Positions 50,636-61,022 of a stretch of DNA of 64,000 nucleotides are shown here, one piece after another. Origin of the DNA: a virus. Taxonomy: Duplodnaviria; Caudoviricetes. Where the stretch lies: the IMG/VR virus record IMGVR_UViG_3300044627_003892; one strand, 5' to 3'. Position 1 is the first letter of the stretch; each line of letters begins with the position of its first letter. The position numbers and the translations under genes are program-made. Below the pieces are notes generated by a model. That model was not told the origin of the DNA, ran no database searches, and saw only the letters and a program-made list of their open reading frames with translations.

Positions 50636-51304
50636 ATGACTATGGAACTAAACAACATCAATTTGACAGATGAACAAAAATCAAAGATTAATAAGTTCAT
50701 TTCTGACTTGGAAGAAAAATGTTCAAAACATAATATTGACACACTTACACCAAACACCATAGGTGTTGAGTATCCTTCTAATGATACATTAACAAATGGA
50801 TATTTTGACTCGGATAACCGACTTCTTGCTTGTGCAACAGGTAAGGAACTTAATCAATGGTTACCCATCTTAATTCACGAATCCTCACATATGGACCAAT
50901 TCCTTGAGAATGACCCTGTATTTAATAATTCATTGGGATTAGATGAAACTTTCAAATGGACTGAAGGTTCAGAGGATGTTGATTTCAATAAAATTGATAG
51001 AGAGATTGAATCAGGTATCGCAGTTGAGGTGGATTGTGAAAAAAGAACCGTTGAAAAGATTAAACAATACGGTTTGGAGTTTGTAGTATCAGTTGATGAG
51101 TATATTCAAAAGTCAAACGCTTACGTTTTGTTCTACCGATGGATGAGAAAAAATAGAACTTGGTACAAGATTGGTCTTGAACCATACAATATCAAATCTG
51201 TATACACAAAGATGCCAAAGACATTTGACATTGATTACTCAACACTGTCTGAAGAAATTTCAAAAACCTTTGATGAACTACTTGTCTTATCAAATCAAGA
51301 ATAA
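50636..51304 (+). CDS. zincin-like (HExxH) protein
   Basis: ILIHESSHMDQ...EVDCE. Confidence 0.65.
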   Translation: MTMELNNINLTDEQKSKINKFISDLEEKCSKHNIDTLTPNTIGVEYPSNDTLTNGYFDSDNRLLACATGKELNQWLPILIHESSHMDQFLENDPVFNNSLGLDETFKWTEGSEDVDFNKIDREIESGIAVEVDCEKRTVEKIKQYGLEFVVSVDEYIQKSNAYVLFYRWMRKNRTWYKIGLEPYNIKSVYTKMPKTFDIDYSTLSEEISKTFDELLVLSNQE

Positions 51305-51355
51305 TAAAAAACCCCTCACATCGGAGGGGCTTTAAGAAACCTTGTTGATATTTTT

Positions 51356-52381
51356 TTAGTCAATGACAATAGCTCTCAACGAGTCGGATGTCAATGAATC
51401 TGATTTTATGTAAATTAGTTTATTTTCATTTCTCTTTAAGAAATTATCTAAAGTGTCATTATATGTTAACATAACATAATGTTTACCATCAATACTTACT
51501 TTAGTGTCCATAGTATAATGAATTTCAGTTTTGGTTCTAACCATTTGTTTTCCACATTGAGGACAGAATTTCCAAGATGATTTTTTTATCTTGGTTCCAC
51601 AATTTGAACAATGTGTAATATTCACTTCGGTTGCGGTCAATGGTTTTTCCGATAAAGGTAATATTTTCCATGTTGAATAGTTTGATGGGAATGAATTAAA
51701 ATTCATATCAACTGATTCAAACTCTTGTTTTGAATCTGAACCTTTCTCAATTCTACCAGTCTCTTTGAACCTGTCAGTTTGTAATGACTTTTTTAAGTTT
51801 TGTGAACTGTTCGTATTATACGAATCGTTGGTATAAAAAGCGTTTGAGTCACCTGCAAAAGTATTACTGTTAGATGTTAAATTAACGTTTGTGTTATAAT
51901 ACTTAGCATTTTCTCCCCAATTTATACTATACGTACCTGTGGTTATAGTGTTTATATCACCATGCCATTTATCATTAGTCCAAGTACTATTAGCACCACC
52001 CGCCAACGTCATAATTGGGTTAGTCAAATAAACATTCTCATCATAGAATTCAACGACAACCTCACCATTGTTTTGGATGGCTTCTTGGACTTCCTTTGAT
52101 GATGAGTTAACCTCATACACCTCAAATTTGAACTTCTTAGCTTCGTTCAAATATCTTTCCAAGAATACCCTTTGACCAGGTTTGATAATAATACCACCAC
52201 CTGATAGGTAATTCCCGTTGATTTTTATTTTCGCTAAAACTGAATTTGATTTTGGGTTGAAGATTTCTACCTCAAATTCTTCCCCGTTGTTAAGATAAAC
52301 GTTTGAGCCGTTTTGTTTTAATCTTTGTTTCCCTGTCGTAATATAAGCGGACGGAAACTTCTTGAGTTTTGTGTAATACAT
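51356..52381 (-). CDS. conserved phage protein with C-terminal zinc ribbon
   Basis: CSNCG...FCPQCG. Confidence 0.7.
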   Translation of the reverse strand: MYYTKLKKFPSAYITTGKQRLKQNGSNVYLNNGEEFEVEIFNPKSNSVLAKIKINGNYLSGGGIIIKPGQRVFLERYLNEAKKFKFEVYEVNSSSKEVQEAIQNNGEVVVEFYDENVYLTNPIMTLAGGANSTWTNDKWHGDINTITTGTYSINWGENAKYYNTNVNLTSNSNTFAGDSNAFYTNDSYNTNSSQNLKKSLQTDRFKETGRIEKGSDSKQEFESVDMNFNSFPSNYSTWKILPLSEKPLTATEVNITHCSNCGTKIKKSSWKFCPQCGKQMVRTKTEIHYTMDTKVSIDGKHYVMLTYNDTLDNFLKRNENKLIYIKSDSLTSDSLRAIVID

Positions 52382-52751
52382 TTTTTTCCTTATTTTATTT
52401 TTTATGTTTATTGAACCCCACTTCGTTGGTATTTCTCCAACTCAACTGTCTCACAGGACAGGTGGACCTCATCAACAAGGTTTCATTAATAACTATAAGG
52501 TAATTTGTTTTTTTTGTAAATAAAAAACCCCACTCTTTTGGAATGGGGGTTTAAGATTGTCGGTTATAATTCACACCAACCAAGACATACCTTACCAAAG
52601 GTAATCTTTTGAACTAATTTGCAAATATATTTCTTCATACTTTATAAATATTATATTAATATAAAAACCCCACTCTTTTGGAGATGGGGTTTAACAAACT
52701 CGGGCCCAGCGAGCCAATATTTCAGGAAGCGCCCTTTTTAAAGTTGGTTTG

Positions 52752-52834
52752 TGGGAGTAGAAGGACTCGAACCTACGAAACCAAAATGGTGAAACATTTA
52801 CAGTGTTTTGCAATTGCCTCTATGCGATACTCCC
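52752..52834 (-). tRNA. tRNA-Tyr(GTA)
   Basis: Anticodon arm aaaca-ctGTAaa-tgttt, long variable arm, GGTTCGAGTCC. Confidence 0.85.
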
Positions 52835-52941
52835 CTTAATTCTTTTACAAAGATACTATAAATATTTAAAAAAACAAGAAAAAAATGATTAGGACAACTA
52901 ACTTTTGATAAGAGTTCGTATATTTATAATAAAAGAGCATT

Positions 52942-53841
52942 ATGGAATGTAAAACTTGTGGTAAAGAAATTAAAGGTAATGGGGCACTAGTGGTTCATCA
53001 AACTACTTGTGAGTATGTTTATAATGTAAAAGAAGAGATTAAAAAATTATATGTTGATGAATTGTGGTCAATTAAAAGAATTAAAGACAAATATAATTTA
53101 GGGTCACAAACGATTACAGACATATTAGGAGATAATTTGAGGACCGCAAGTGAGTCAAATAAGATTGCACGTAAATTATTTCCAGAATCATTTATACACT
53201 CTGATGAAACAAAACAAAAAATCAGAGAAAAGAGAATTAAGTTTATGAAAGAAAACCCTGAACAAACTGCTTGGAGGACTAAGAATCTATCTTACCCTGA
53301 AAAACTATTTTTGGAAAAGGTATATGATTTATGTTTAGATAAAAAATATTCAATAGTTAGGGAGTATTCCGTATTTCCTTTCTTTATAGATTTTGCATTT
53401 GTTAATGAAAAGGTCGCAGTTGAAATTGATGGGTCCCAACATTTATTGCCTGAAAGAAAAGAAAGAGACGATAAAAAAGATGAGTTATTAAAAAAAGATG
53501 GTTGGTTTATCTTACGTGTTAGTGAAAACGAAGTTAAAACAAATATTAACTCAGTATTTAACACAATAATCTCAATAATTAATGATAGACCAAAAATACA
53601 ATCTATGAAACTTGGGGTAGTGAAGTTTCCAAAGAAAAGACAGATGAAAGAAAGAGAATCTTGTGGTTTAACAAAAGGTGAAATTGAAAGGTCTATTAAA
53701 CAAAGAAGAGTTACTCGTCCCCCATATCAAGAATTAATTAATTTAATTAAAACAAATGGATATAGTAAGACCGGAAAAATGTTTGGTGTTTCTGACAACT
53801 CAATCCGAAAGTGGATTAAATCTTATGAAAAAGATTTGTAG
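52942..53841 (+). mobile_element. free-standing DUF559/Vsr-like endonuclease with NUMOD3-like motif (homing-endonuclease-like)
   Basis: HSDETKQKIRE; IDFAF...AVEIDGSQH...D..KD..L...GW.ILRV; antisense between tRNA genes. Confidence 0.7.
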
Positions 53842-53910
53842 CCCGTGGCGGTAACGCTCCGCCGTCTCTGCCGTGAAAGGGCAGTGTACTTACTTCTATA
53901 CGAACGGGCC
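53839..53910 (-). tRNA. tRNA-Glu(TTC), non-canonical T loop
   Basis: ctgcc-ctTTCac-ggcag; T arm ggcgg-AGCGTTA-ccgcc. Confidence 0.75.
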
Positions 53911-54029
53911 AAATAAAAAAGATAGCTTATAGTGTCCACATTATACCATTATAAGAAGTAACGACCAGTTAAGTTGTGATTCTTACTTTACGTTGCCTGC
54001 AACAGGTGTAACTTACTTCTATCCTTTAG

Positions 54030-54104
54030 AAGCAGGAGCAAGATTCGAACTTGCGACCTTGACCTTATGAGAGTCACGAGATAGACCATCTTCTCCATCC
54101 TGCT
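54030..54104 (-). tRNA. tRNA-Met/Ile2(CAT)
   Basis: tgact-ctCATaa-ggtca; GTTCGAATC. Confidence 0.8.
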
Positions 54105-54188
54105 TTATAATATTTCAAATTAACATTCAGTCGTTCCTGAATTGTCTGACAAATGTAAGGTATAAATACTCTCGTGTCAAGAAAAATC

Positions 54189-54671
54189 TTATTTAACTTC
54201 CCAAGAATACAAAATAACTCGTTTTTTCATTTTAGAATCTTCTGTGTTTCCAACAACAACACCATCAATGATTGAGAAGGCGTGTCCACGAACAACAACA
54301 AGATATCTACCTTTTGGGTATTTCTTAATGAACGTTCCTGTGGTCATGTTACGTTTAACAATCTGACCTTTAACTTTAACATCATATTTCATATGTCCGT
54401 GTTGGTCACCCAAGTTGGAGAATGACTTACCATTAATCAAAACTCCTCTACTAACCATACCACGCATACCTCCAATGAAGTTTCTTGTTCCCTCACGATT
54501 TCCACGAAACCATTTTTTCGCAACGAACTTGTGAGCTTCATCGTAATGCATTTCAAACGAAGATGCAATCGCTCTAACTACACAATCATTACTTTCACTT
54601 TGAGCGATTTTAGAATCACTGTATCCAATAATCGCGTCTTTTGTAGGTATGTACTTTATTTCGTTATTCAT
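54189..54671 (-). CDS. conserved hypothetical phage protein
   Basis: NDCVVRAIA...GHAF..IDG motif. Confidence 0.7.
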   Translation of the reverse strand: MNNEIKYIPTKDAIIGYSDSKIAQSESNDCVVRAIASSFEMHYDEAHKFVAKKWFRGNREGTRNFIGGMRGMVSRGVLINGKSFSNLGDQHGHMKYDVKVKGQIVKRNMTTGTFIKKYPKGRYLVVVRGHAFSIIDGVVVGNTEDSKMKKRVILYSWEVK

Positions 54672-54745
54672 ATCACAAATATAAGGCGAAATACTTTACC
54701 CCACAAATTTTTTTGTAGTACGCTTTCACATTACGTAATACCTAA

Positions 54746-54967
54746 CTATTTTATCTTTACAGTTGATGTAATCTCTCCAGATAAATTAACACGAACATCT
54801 AAAGCGTGTAACGAATCAATAACTATATATCTTTCGTTATTTATCGGATACACAACACTATTAGGGTACTTTGTTTGTAGCATCTCTGTGTCTTGATATG
54901 AGGTGGTTTTATCTGAACAACCAGTTAAAAACATACCGATACCTAATATTACAATTATTCTTTTCAT
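54746..54967 (-). CDS. small lipoprotein
   Basis: MKRIIVILGIGMFLTGC. Confidence 0.6.
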   Translation of the reverse strand: MKRIIVILGIGMFLTGCSDKTTSYQDTEMLQTKYPNSVVYPINNERYIVIDSLHALDVRVNLSGEITSTVKIK

Positions 54968-54982
54968 ATCTTTTATTTTTTG

Positions 54983-55087
54983 TACTCAGAGAAGGACTTG
55001 AACCTTCACGTCATTTCTGACTCGGGTAGGTTACCCTAGCGTCTATCCATCGGACTAATGCATTAGTCTCGCTTCCGCCACCTGAGT
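54983..55087 (-). ncRNA. tRNA-Leu-like RNA with D-loop hairpin insertion and aberrant anticodon arm
   Basis: Acceptor actcagg/tctgagt, GGCGGAA^...TAGACGC, T arm gaagg-TTCAAGT-ccttc; no 5-bp stem/7-nt loop anticodon arm. Confidence 0.6.
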
Positions 55088-55091
55088 ATTT

Positions 55092-55343
55092 TTAATTACC
55101 TAAAGTATCTACTTCAGCTGTAATTTCATCATTAAACTCACGGATTTGTTTTCTTGACAATTTACCTTTAACCGCATCTCTACCCGCCTTGTCAGCTGAC
55201 TTAAACGCATTGTTCAAAATTTTATCATATTGTTTTTGAGTAACCGTAGTACCATTAGCAAGTTCCACAGTTTTTTGTTGTTTCGTACATGACGAAACCA
55301 AGATAATCAAAACTAACATCGAGATAACTTTATTCATTTTCAT
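55092..55343 (-). CDS. small lipoprotein
   Basis: LVSSC lipobox. Confidence 0.6.
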   Translation of the reverse strand: MKMNKVISMLVLIILVSSCTKQQKTVELANGTTVTQKQYDKILNNAFKSADKAGRDAVKGKLSRKQIREFNDEITAEVDTLGN

Positions 55344-55400
55344 AGTTTTATATATTTATACAAATATACGTGGTTTTACCCGTATAAAAAAATATATTAC

Positions 55401-57116
55401 ATGAAAAAATTATTAATAACTGAAGATGATAAAAAACACATACTAAACTTGTATGGTCTTTTAACTGAGGCAATTGACCCTAATTCAGGTGGTACTACTA
55501 CAATTAACAATTATTACCCATCAGGATGGTATACATTAGGAAATAAAGATACTCAATCCGGTAAAATCATACAAAATCAATTAGATGAAATATTAGTTCA
55601 AGTAACTGAATTTGCTAAAAAATACCCTAACTCCATAGTGAGTGTTAAATTTATATCACAAGAATCAGCAATACCTAATAAAGATAATGAAGGGAAAGCC
55701 GGTGGTGGATATTTAGAAGTTGGTGGGTTGAGTGATTTGAGAAAACAATACTTAGAAGCACATATTAAAAAATATTTTGATAATTTAAAAGCTAACGGTG
55801 TTATTGGACAAACAGTTGAGGTTCCTCCTATAGAGTATGAAAGAAAACCCATTGTTACCGCTTGGGTAGGAACACCTTTTTGTCCGGCAAATGCAACCAA
55901 AGAACAACAAAGAGGTGAATGTTACAAGAAATATAAAGCCGGTGAAAAAACAACTTATAAAGATTATTTTAACAAATACCAAAAAGAACAATCAAGTCAA
56001 TTAGAAATTACTGTAAAGTTAAAAGAAGAACCAAAAATAACAACGACAACTATTGACTATGGTAAATGTGCGGTTCAATTAAAAATTAGAGTATGGGTTG
56101 AGTCTCATAATTGTCAAAATGCTGAATTTTTCATTTTTGCAAATGATTTACTACTTTATAACACACAGGGAGGTATGACTGCAAATTTAAATAATGCCGG
56201 CACGTCTAGAGGTATACCAAAACCAACAGCTCCACCAATATTTGATGCTGAATACTTAAACCCTGGTTATGGTGAGTTAAAAAATGGTGACGGTACATTT
56301 TCATACGGTTATGGTATAAAAAAACTATCTGGTGATAAAGAGGGAAGTAGGTCAGACACCTTTACAATAACTAAAGAGCAATCATTAGAATTATTAAAAA
56401 AATCTGATGGTAAAATTAATCTTTGGATGATTGCCACAACATCGGCAGCCCATAAAGACATTCCAAAGGTAACAATCACAAAATCAGATGGTACAGTAAT
56501 CTATAATAAAGCCCCTAAAATAAGACAAGGTAAATTGTTAACTTTAGATGGATGTACCTATAAAGTAATTGAAGGAAATAACGCTTCAGTTCCTTCTGTT
56601 GCAAGTTATGTTAATAAAATTAGAGACGAAAGAAGTGCTTTACAAAAAACATATGAAATTAAAGGAGGTAGTAAAAAGAAACAACAGAAGATGGATACTA
56701 AAGCATTAATTTTAGAGAGGTGTACTGAATTGGTCGATAAAATGACTAATTTATTACAATATTTAAAATTAAAATTACAACCATCTGAATCACGATATGG
56801 AACACCTGAAATAGAGGCGGAAATCACTAAGAATTACGAGCTCTTCGAGAGCCTATTAACAGATACAGGAACAGACGAAAATCCTCAACCACAATTATAT
56901 AAGTCCGATGGTACATTTCACGATGAAACTATTGCCAATGATAAACTGTTTGGTGATGTTAGACAAGATTTAGAACAATTTTACGAAGGATTTAATGCGG
57001 TGTTTGTTAAAAGCAAAAAAGTATTTTCTAATGGAATTAGAAATTCATCGGGTGAATTGGATGGTAATAAGATATTAAATAATATTAAAAACCTAAAACA
57101 ATATATGATAGACTAA
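55401..57116 (+). CDS. large hypothetical protein with MKKLLITEDDKKHIL leader (probably virion-associated)
   Basis: 571-aa ORF, leader motif; no nuclease motif recognised. Confidence 0.7.
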   Translation: MKKLLITEDDKKHILNLYGLLTEAIDPNSGGTTTINNYYPSGWYTLGNKDTQSGKIIQNQLDEILVQVTEFAKKYPNSIVSVKFISQESAIPNKDNEGKAGGGYLEVGGLSDLRKQYLEAHIKKYFDNLKANGVIGQTVEVPPIEYERKPIVTAWVGTPFCPANATKEQQRGECYKKYKAGEKTTYKDYFNKYQKEQSSQLEITVKLKEEPKITTTTIDYGKCAVQLKIRVWVESHNCQNAEFFIFANDLLLYNTQGGMTANLNNAGTSRGIPKPTAPPIFDAEYLNPGYGELKNGDGTFSYGYGIKKLSGDKEGSRSDTFTITKEQSLELLKKSDGKINLWMIATTSAAHKDIPKVTITKSDGTVIYNKAPKIRQGKLLTLDGCTYKVIEGNNASVPSVASYVNKIRDERSALQKTYEIKGGSKKKQQKMDTKALILERCTELVDKMTNLLQYLKLKLQPSESRYGTPEIEAEITKNYELFESLLTDTGTDENPQPQLYKSDGTFHDETIANDKLFGDVRQDLEQFYEGFNAVFVKSKKVFSNGIRNSSGELDGNKILNNIKNLKQYMID

Positions 57117-57166
57117 CAAAAAACCCATCAAAAGATGGGTTTTTTTATAGTAGTAAATTTAAATTA

Positions 57167-57886
57167 TTAAAATAAAAGACTTTTTTTGTAGTAGTCATCA
57201 AACCCATCAAGCATTTCGGTGATTGATTTAGTTCCATCGGTTTTAATAACCTCATCAATCAATCCAAACTCTTTCGCTTCATCTGAGTTAAACCATCTGT
57301 CACGTGCAGAGAATTCCAATACCTCATCAATAGTTTTACCACAATTCTCAGCCAACATCTTAAATAAGATATAGTTATACTTCTCAGCTTCCATCTGGTT
57401 GATACGAGTATCTTGAATGTTACCACTTGTTCCGTGACTAACTTGGTGAGTCATAACCTTTGAATATACAAGTGATGAACGTTTACCTTTGGTTCCTGAT
57501 GAAAGTAACACTGAACCCATAGATGCACACATACCAATATTTGTGGTAACAACATCTGATTTAATGTAGTTCATCAAATCTACAATACCAAGACCACACA
57601 ATACAGAACCACCTGGTGAGTTGATATATAAGGTAATATCTTTCTGTTCAACCGAATCCAAGAATAACATCTGAGCTTGAACAATATCGGACATACGTTG
57701 GTTCACCGCTCCTGATACCCACAAGATACGTTCTCTCATCAATCGTGAGAAGATATCAATCTGTGTTGCTCTCATCTCTCTTTCCTCTAACACATAAGGT
57801 GTTAATGAGTTCTCAAACGCATCAAGGCTAGTTGATGAAATCCCTTCACTTAACGCAAACTTTCTAAATTCTTTTCCGTAATTCAT
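57167..57886 (-). CDS. clpP: ATP-dependent Clp protease proteolytic subunit
   Basis: DIFSRLMRERI, LYINSPGG, CASMG, MTHQ, RDRWF..DEAKEFGLIDEV. Confidence 0.97.
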   Translation of the reverse strand: MNYGKEFRKFALSEGISSTSLDAFENSLTPYVLEEREMRATQIDIFSRLMRERILWVSGAVNQRMSDIVQAQMLFLDSVEQKDITLYINSPGGSVLCGLGIVDLMNYIKSDVVTTNIGMCASMGSVLLSSGTKGKRSSLVYSKVMTHQVSHGTSGNIQDTRINQMEAEKYNYILFKMLAENCGKTIDEVLEFSARDRWFNSDEAKEFGLIDEVIKTDGTKSITEMLDGFDDYYKKSLLF

Positions 57887-58279
57887 ATTATATTATTTTA
57901 TTCCTTTACAAATTTGTTTATCGTCTGATGTGTCCCATAGTTTGGGATTAACCATATGACAGGTGTGTTTTCTACCTGTTCGTTGAACAAAGTTTTTTAA
58001 CTTACTATTGTGATTATTTTCAACCTTCCAAGGACATTCCTTACAACAAGACATATTATATCTTTTCGTATTTAATATTATCAAGTTTTTCCATGAGTTG
58101 GTAATAGATGGTAAGGTTCATACCTACATTTTCTTTTTCATATTTCGCAAAATATAGTTTTACCAATTTCTTTGCAGCAACTCCCTGTAAGGGTGTCTTA
58201 CAGGACTTTATTACCTCCTCAACCCATAATAGGGTGTCATACCAATTTTTTCCTTTTGCCGCCATAATTTTAAAATTTG

Positions 58280-58353
58280 TGAAGAAGACGGGAATCGAAC
58301 CACGTGGCACAAGATGTTTCAAACCTTTGCTCTACCGACTGAGCTACTTCTTC
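58280..58353 (-). tRNA. tRNA-Phe(GAA)
   Basis: aaggt-ttGAAac-atctt; GGTTCGATTCC. Confidence 0.8.
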
Positions 58354-58407
58354 ATATAAGTTAAAGGCCGGTGTATTTCACAATCCGACCTTTATATATA
58401 AATTAAA

Positions 58408-58773
58408 TTAGATTACTTCAGAGATTGCCTCGTCAGCACAATCCATTATAATATCTGAGTGAATTTCGCCTGTAGCACTTACGAATGTGTCTCTCAAAAC
58501 ATCTTCGTCAATACTTGGGATGATTAAACGACCATCAACTTCAAATGTTACCACATCATTAGCTTCTAATGAATTAATCATTTCATCAAAGATACATTCA
58601 TTAATTTTACCGGTGTATTCAATCAAGAAATCTTTTAATTGTTCTCTTGTGAAAACGATATCCGCTTCTTCAACTACGATACCCGCTTCAGATTTAACTT
58701 CATTTAATTGTGATTGGATTTCAATTAATTTCTCAATTAACTCTTCGTTTTGTTTTTTGTTCTTCTTAGACAT
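58408..58773 (-). CDS. acidic hypothetical protein
   Basis: 121-aa ORF after a TAnnTTTG motif. Confidence 0.65.
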   Translation of the reverse strand: MSKKNKKQNEELIEKLIEIQSQLNEVKSEAGIVVEEADIVFTREQLKDFLIEYTGKINECIFDEMINSLEANDVVTFEVDGRLIIPSIDEDVLRDTFVSATGEIHSDIIMDCADEAISEVI

Positions 58774-58837
58774 ATTATTATTTTTTTGTTTTTATTTCTT
58801 TTACAAATATATAAAGTATTTCTGATACTATCAAATA

Positions 58838-59437
58838 TTATCTTACCAAACTAACAAAACCTTTTTGGTAATGTGGTGTTCCTTTTTCATCACGGTAATA
58901 CATCTTCCAAGTGTATATACCCGACTCACAATAGTATCCACTGTTATTCACATTACCTGTCCAATATTGTGATTGTGATTCAATAACACAAACCAGTTGA
59001 CCCCATTGGGTATAAATCTCTAATCGTGGATTAAACACATTGGTTCCCTTGAAGGAAAATATATCATTCAGCCCATCGTTGTTAGGTGAAAACGAATTGG
59101 GAACATAAAGTTTATGACAGGCAGTGGTGGTAATAGTTAAAGAAGCAGTATCAGTACTACACCCATTTAAATCCACACCATACACTTCAATCAAATAATT
59201 ATCAGTGGTATCATCCCAAGTCAATGAAATATCATTGTCGGATTCAACCTGACCTACACTATCAACCGTCCAGTAATAAACAACATTGTCTATGTTCTCA
59301 ACAGAATAGTTATGTGTCTTAAACTCTGAACACATATCAAGCACATTACCATCGTGTGTTATCGTTAGTGGTAAAGTATCACACTGTCCAAAGAAGTGTG
59401 AGGGAATAAATAATAATACAAATAAAAGTTTTTTCAT
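58838..59437 (-). CDS. secreted protein with T9SS type B sorting (gliding-motility-associated, CHU_C) C-terminal domain
   Basis: Signal peptide; LYVPNSFSPNNDGLNDIF...IYTQWGQLV...WTG...GIYTW. Confidence 0.85.
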   Translation of the reverse strand: MKKLLFVLLFIPSHFFGQCDTLPLTITHDGNVLDMCSEFKTHNYSVENIDNVVYYWTVDSVGQVESDNDISLTWDDTTDNYLIEVYGVDLNGCSTDTASLTITTTACHKLYVPNSFSPNNDGLNDIFSFKGTNVFNPRLEIYTQWGQLVCVIESQSQYWTGNVNNSGYYCESGIYTWKMYYRDEKGTPHYQKGFVSLVR

Positions 59438-59471
59438 ACGAAATCAATAATACACATTAGACTTTGTAAAG

Positions 59472-60245
59472 TCAAAAAAAATTGAGGTCGGAGTTGGAAG
59501 AATTATCTTTATTAAATTTATCATTCCATTCTTTTATCCTTGAAATAAGTTCATCAATAGTAATTGAGCAAGATGTTTTTTTTACACTATTTTCAGAATA
59601 CTTTAATAATTGACAGTTTGCCGGATGTTTTATTATTTCAGGGTCTATTTTATTAATGAAACCTTCTTTAACTGAATACATATGGTCCTTACTGACCCCA
59701 TTTAAATTATTACCTTTATTTGAAGGACTATACCATCCTAATTTTTTTAAATCAGTGGTGTTAAATTCTGCTTCAAAAGTTTTGAAGTCAAAGTCAAATT
59801 CACAAGACGGTCTATAAAACTTATAATATTGGTATCTACAATCATCACAAGTTATTTTATATTTTGGTATTTTTTTTTCAAGATTACAAGAACGACATTT
59901 TTTATTTTTTTCTTTTACCGGCCCATAGTGTTTTTTTAATGATTGACTTATTTTATTCTTAACATCTTCTGTCAACCCATTTCTTTGTAAATTATTATAA
60001 GAAGCTGAACAATTTAAAGAACAAAAAAATCTTTCTTCACTAATATATGAAACAAATTCATCACCACAATACTTACAACTTTGTTTATGACTTTTAGATG
60101 GTAATTGTGATTTTAATTTTAACCTAAAACAACGATTGTTAATTGTTTTTTTTGACACGCCAAAAATTATAGATATTTCTTTGTGTGTTTTACCTTCTTG
60201 GATTAACTCCTTTAAGGTATTATCATTTTGTTTAGTCCATTTCAT
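59472..60245 (-). mobile_element. free-standing HNH-like endonuclease
   Basis: HTH-like N-terminus, CxxC...FCSLNC zinc motifs, SKDH...HPANC...EN..K; located in the tRNA cluster. Confidence 0.55.
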
Positions 60246-60293
60246 ATCTATAAATATATGAAAATGAGTTTTTTTCATAGTTGAACTTAATTG

Positions 60294-60381
60294 AGTGTTC
60301 GGTCAGATTCGAACTGACGATGTTGCTATTAACAAAACCAATTTTGCAGATTGGCGGTTTCAACCACTCACCCACGAACAC
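60294..60381 (-). tRNA. tRNA-Cys(GCA) with long variable arm
   Basis: ccaat-ctGCAaa-attgg, U73 discriminator, ~19-nt extra arm. Confidence 0.75.
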
Positions 60382-60408
60382 TTATAATTTAATACCAAAA
60401 AAGTCAAG

Positions 60409-60496
60409 AGGAGAGCAACAGACTCGAACTGTGCCCAACTTAATGGGTTACTGTTTAGCAAACAGTCGGGGACACCATTTCCCTCCTTTACTCTCC
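60409..60496 (-). tRNA. tRNA-Ser(GCT)
   Basis: actgt-ttGCTaa-acagt, long variable arm. Confidence 0.8.
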
Positions 60497-60500
60497 AATG

Positions 60501-60575
60501 TGTGTCTAGCGGGATTCGAACCCGCGATGACCTGAACCACAATCAGGCGACTTAAACCTCTTGTCAATAGACACC
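60501..60575 (-). tRNA. tRNA-His(GTG)
   Basis: cctga-ttGTGgt-tcagg. Confidence 0.8.
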
Positions 60576-60581
60576 GTGTAG

Positions 60582-60664
60582 TACCCCCTGTAGGACTCGA
60601 ACCTACACGTCTTTAAGACAATTGTTTCTAAGACAACTCTGACTACCAGTTCCAGCAAGGGGGT
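60582..60664 (-). tRNA. tRNA-Leu(TAG)
   Basis: gttgt-ctTAGaa-acaat, long variable arm. Confidence 0.85.
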
Positions 60665-60671
60665 AAATAAG

Positions 60672-60758
60672 CGGAAGAGATAGGACTCGAACCTACACAT
60701 CAGTTTCCCGATACCGGTTTTCAAGACCGGGGCGATACCAATTACGCTTTACTCTTCC
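60672..60758 (-). tRNA. tRNA-Ser(TGA)
   Basis: ccggt-ctTGAaa-accgg, G73 discriminator. Confidence 0.88.
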
Positions 60759-60763
60759 AAGTT

Positions 60764-61020
60764 CCCCACCTGAGATTACAGTGAGTAGATTTTAACGGGT
60801 TACTCTGACTGTTTCGAGAACCATCACTATTCTGGGTTCGACGCCAGACCTAGCTTTTTCATTAGTGTCTTACCACATAAAAACCTGTCAATCCTATACG
60901 TCGGAGCTGCGGATATGCTTCACTTTAACCCGAATCGATTCCCCATTAAGGTCGGGGGCTTTTTACTACCACTACTTTTTTAAAGAATGTAGCCAATCTT
61001 GCCGAGTATCTCTTACTCAT
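60764..61020 (-). ncRNA. unidentified structured RNA, copy 1 (257 nt)
   Basis: Highly similar to 61921-62177 with compensatory changes; strand assumed from the flanking tRNAs. Confidence 0.6.
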
Positions 61021-61022
61021 TG

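Noticed and set aside
52411-52480. Hammerhead ribozyme call
   Set aside because: The core reads CAGUUGA and GAAG instead of CUGANGA and GAAA; kept only as a generic structured leader.
55401-57116. Largest unknown ORF as a possible Cas effector for the arrays
   Set aside because: No RuvC, HNH or paired HEPN motifs recognised; it carries a virion-type leader and lies more than 40 kb away. No cas1/cas2 was recognised in the window.
59482-59498. ttgaggtcggagttgga resembling a tRNA 3' half
   Set aside because: Only about 15 nt with no T loop or matching 5' half; lies within the endonuclease stop region.
60764-61020. Group I intron or tmRNA identity for the duplicated RNA
   Set aside because: A Q-like AUCCGCAGC is present, but no R/S (P7) elements or split exon were found, and there are no tmRNA ends.
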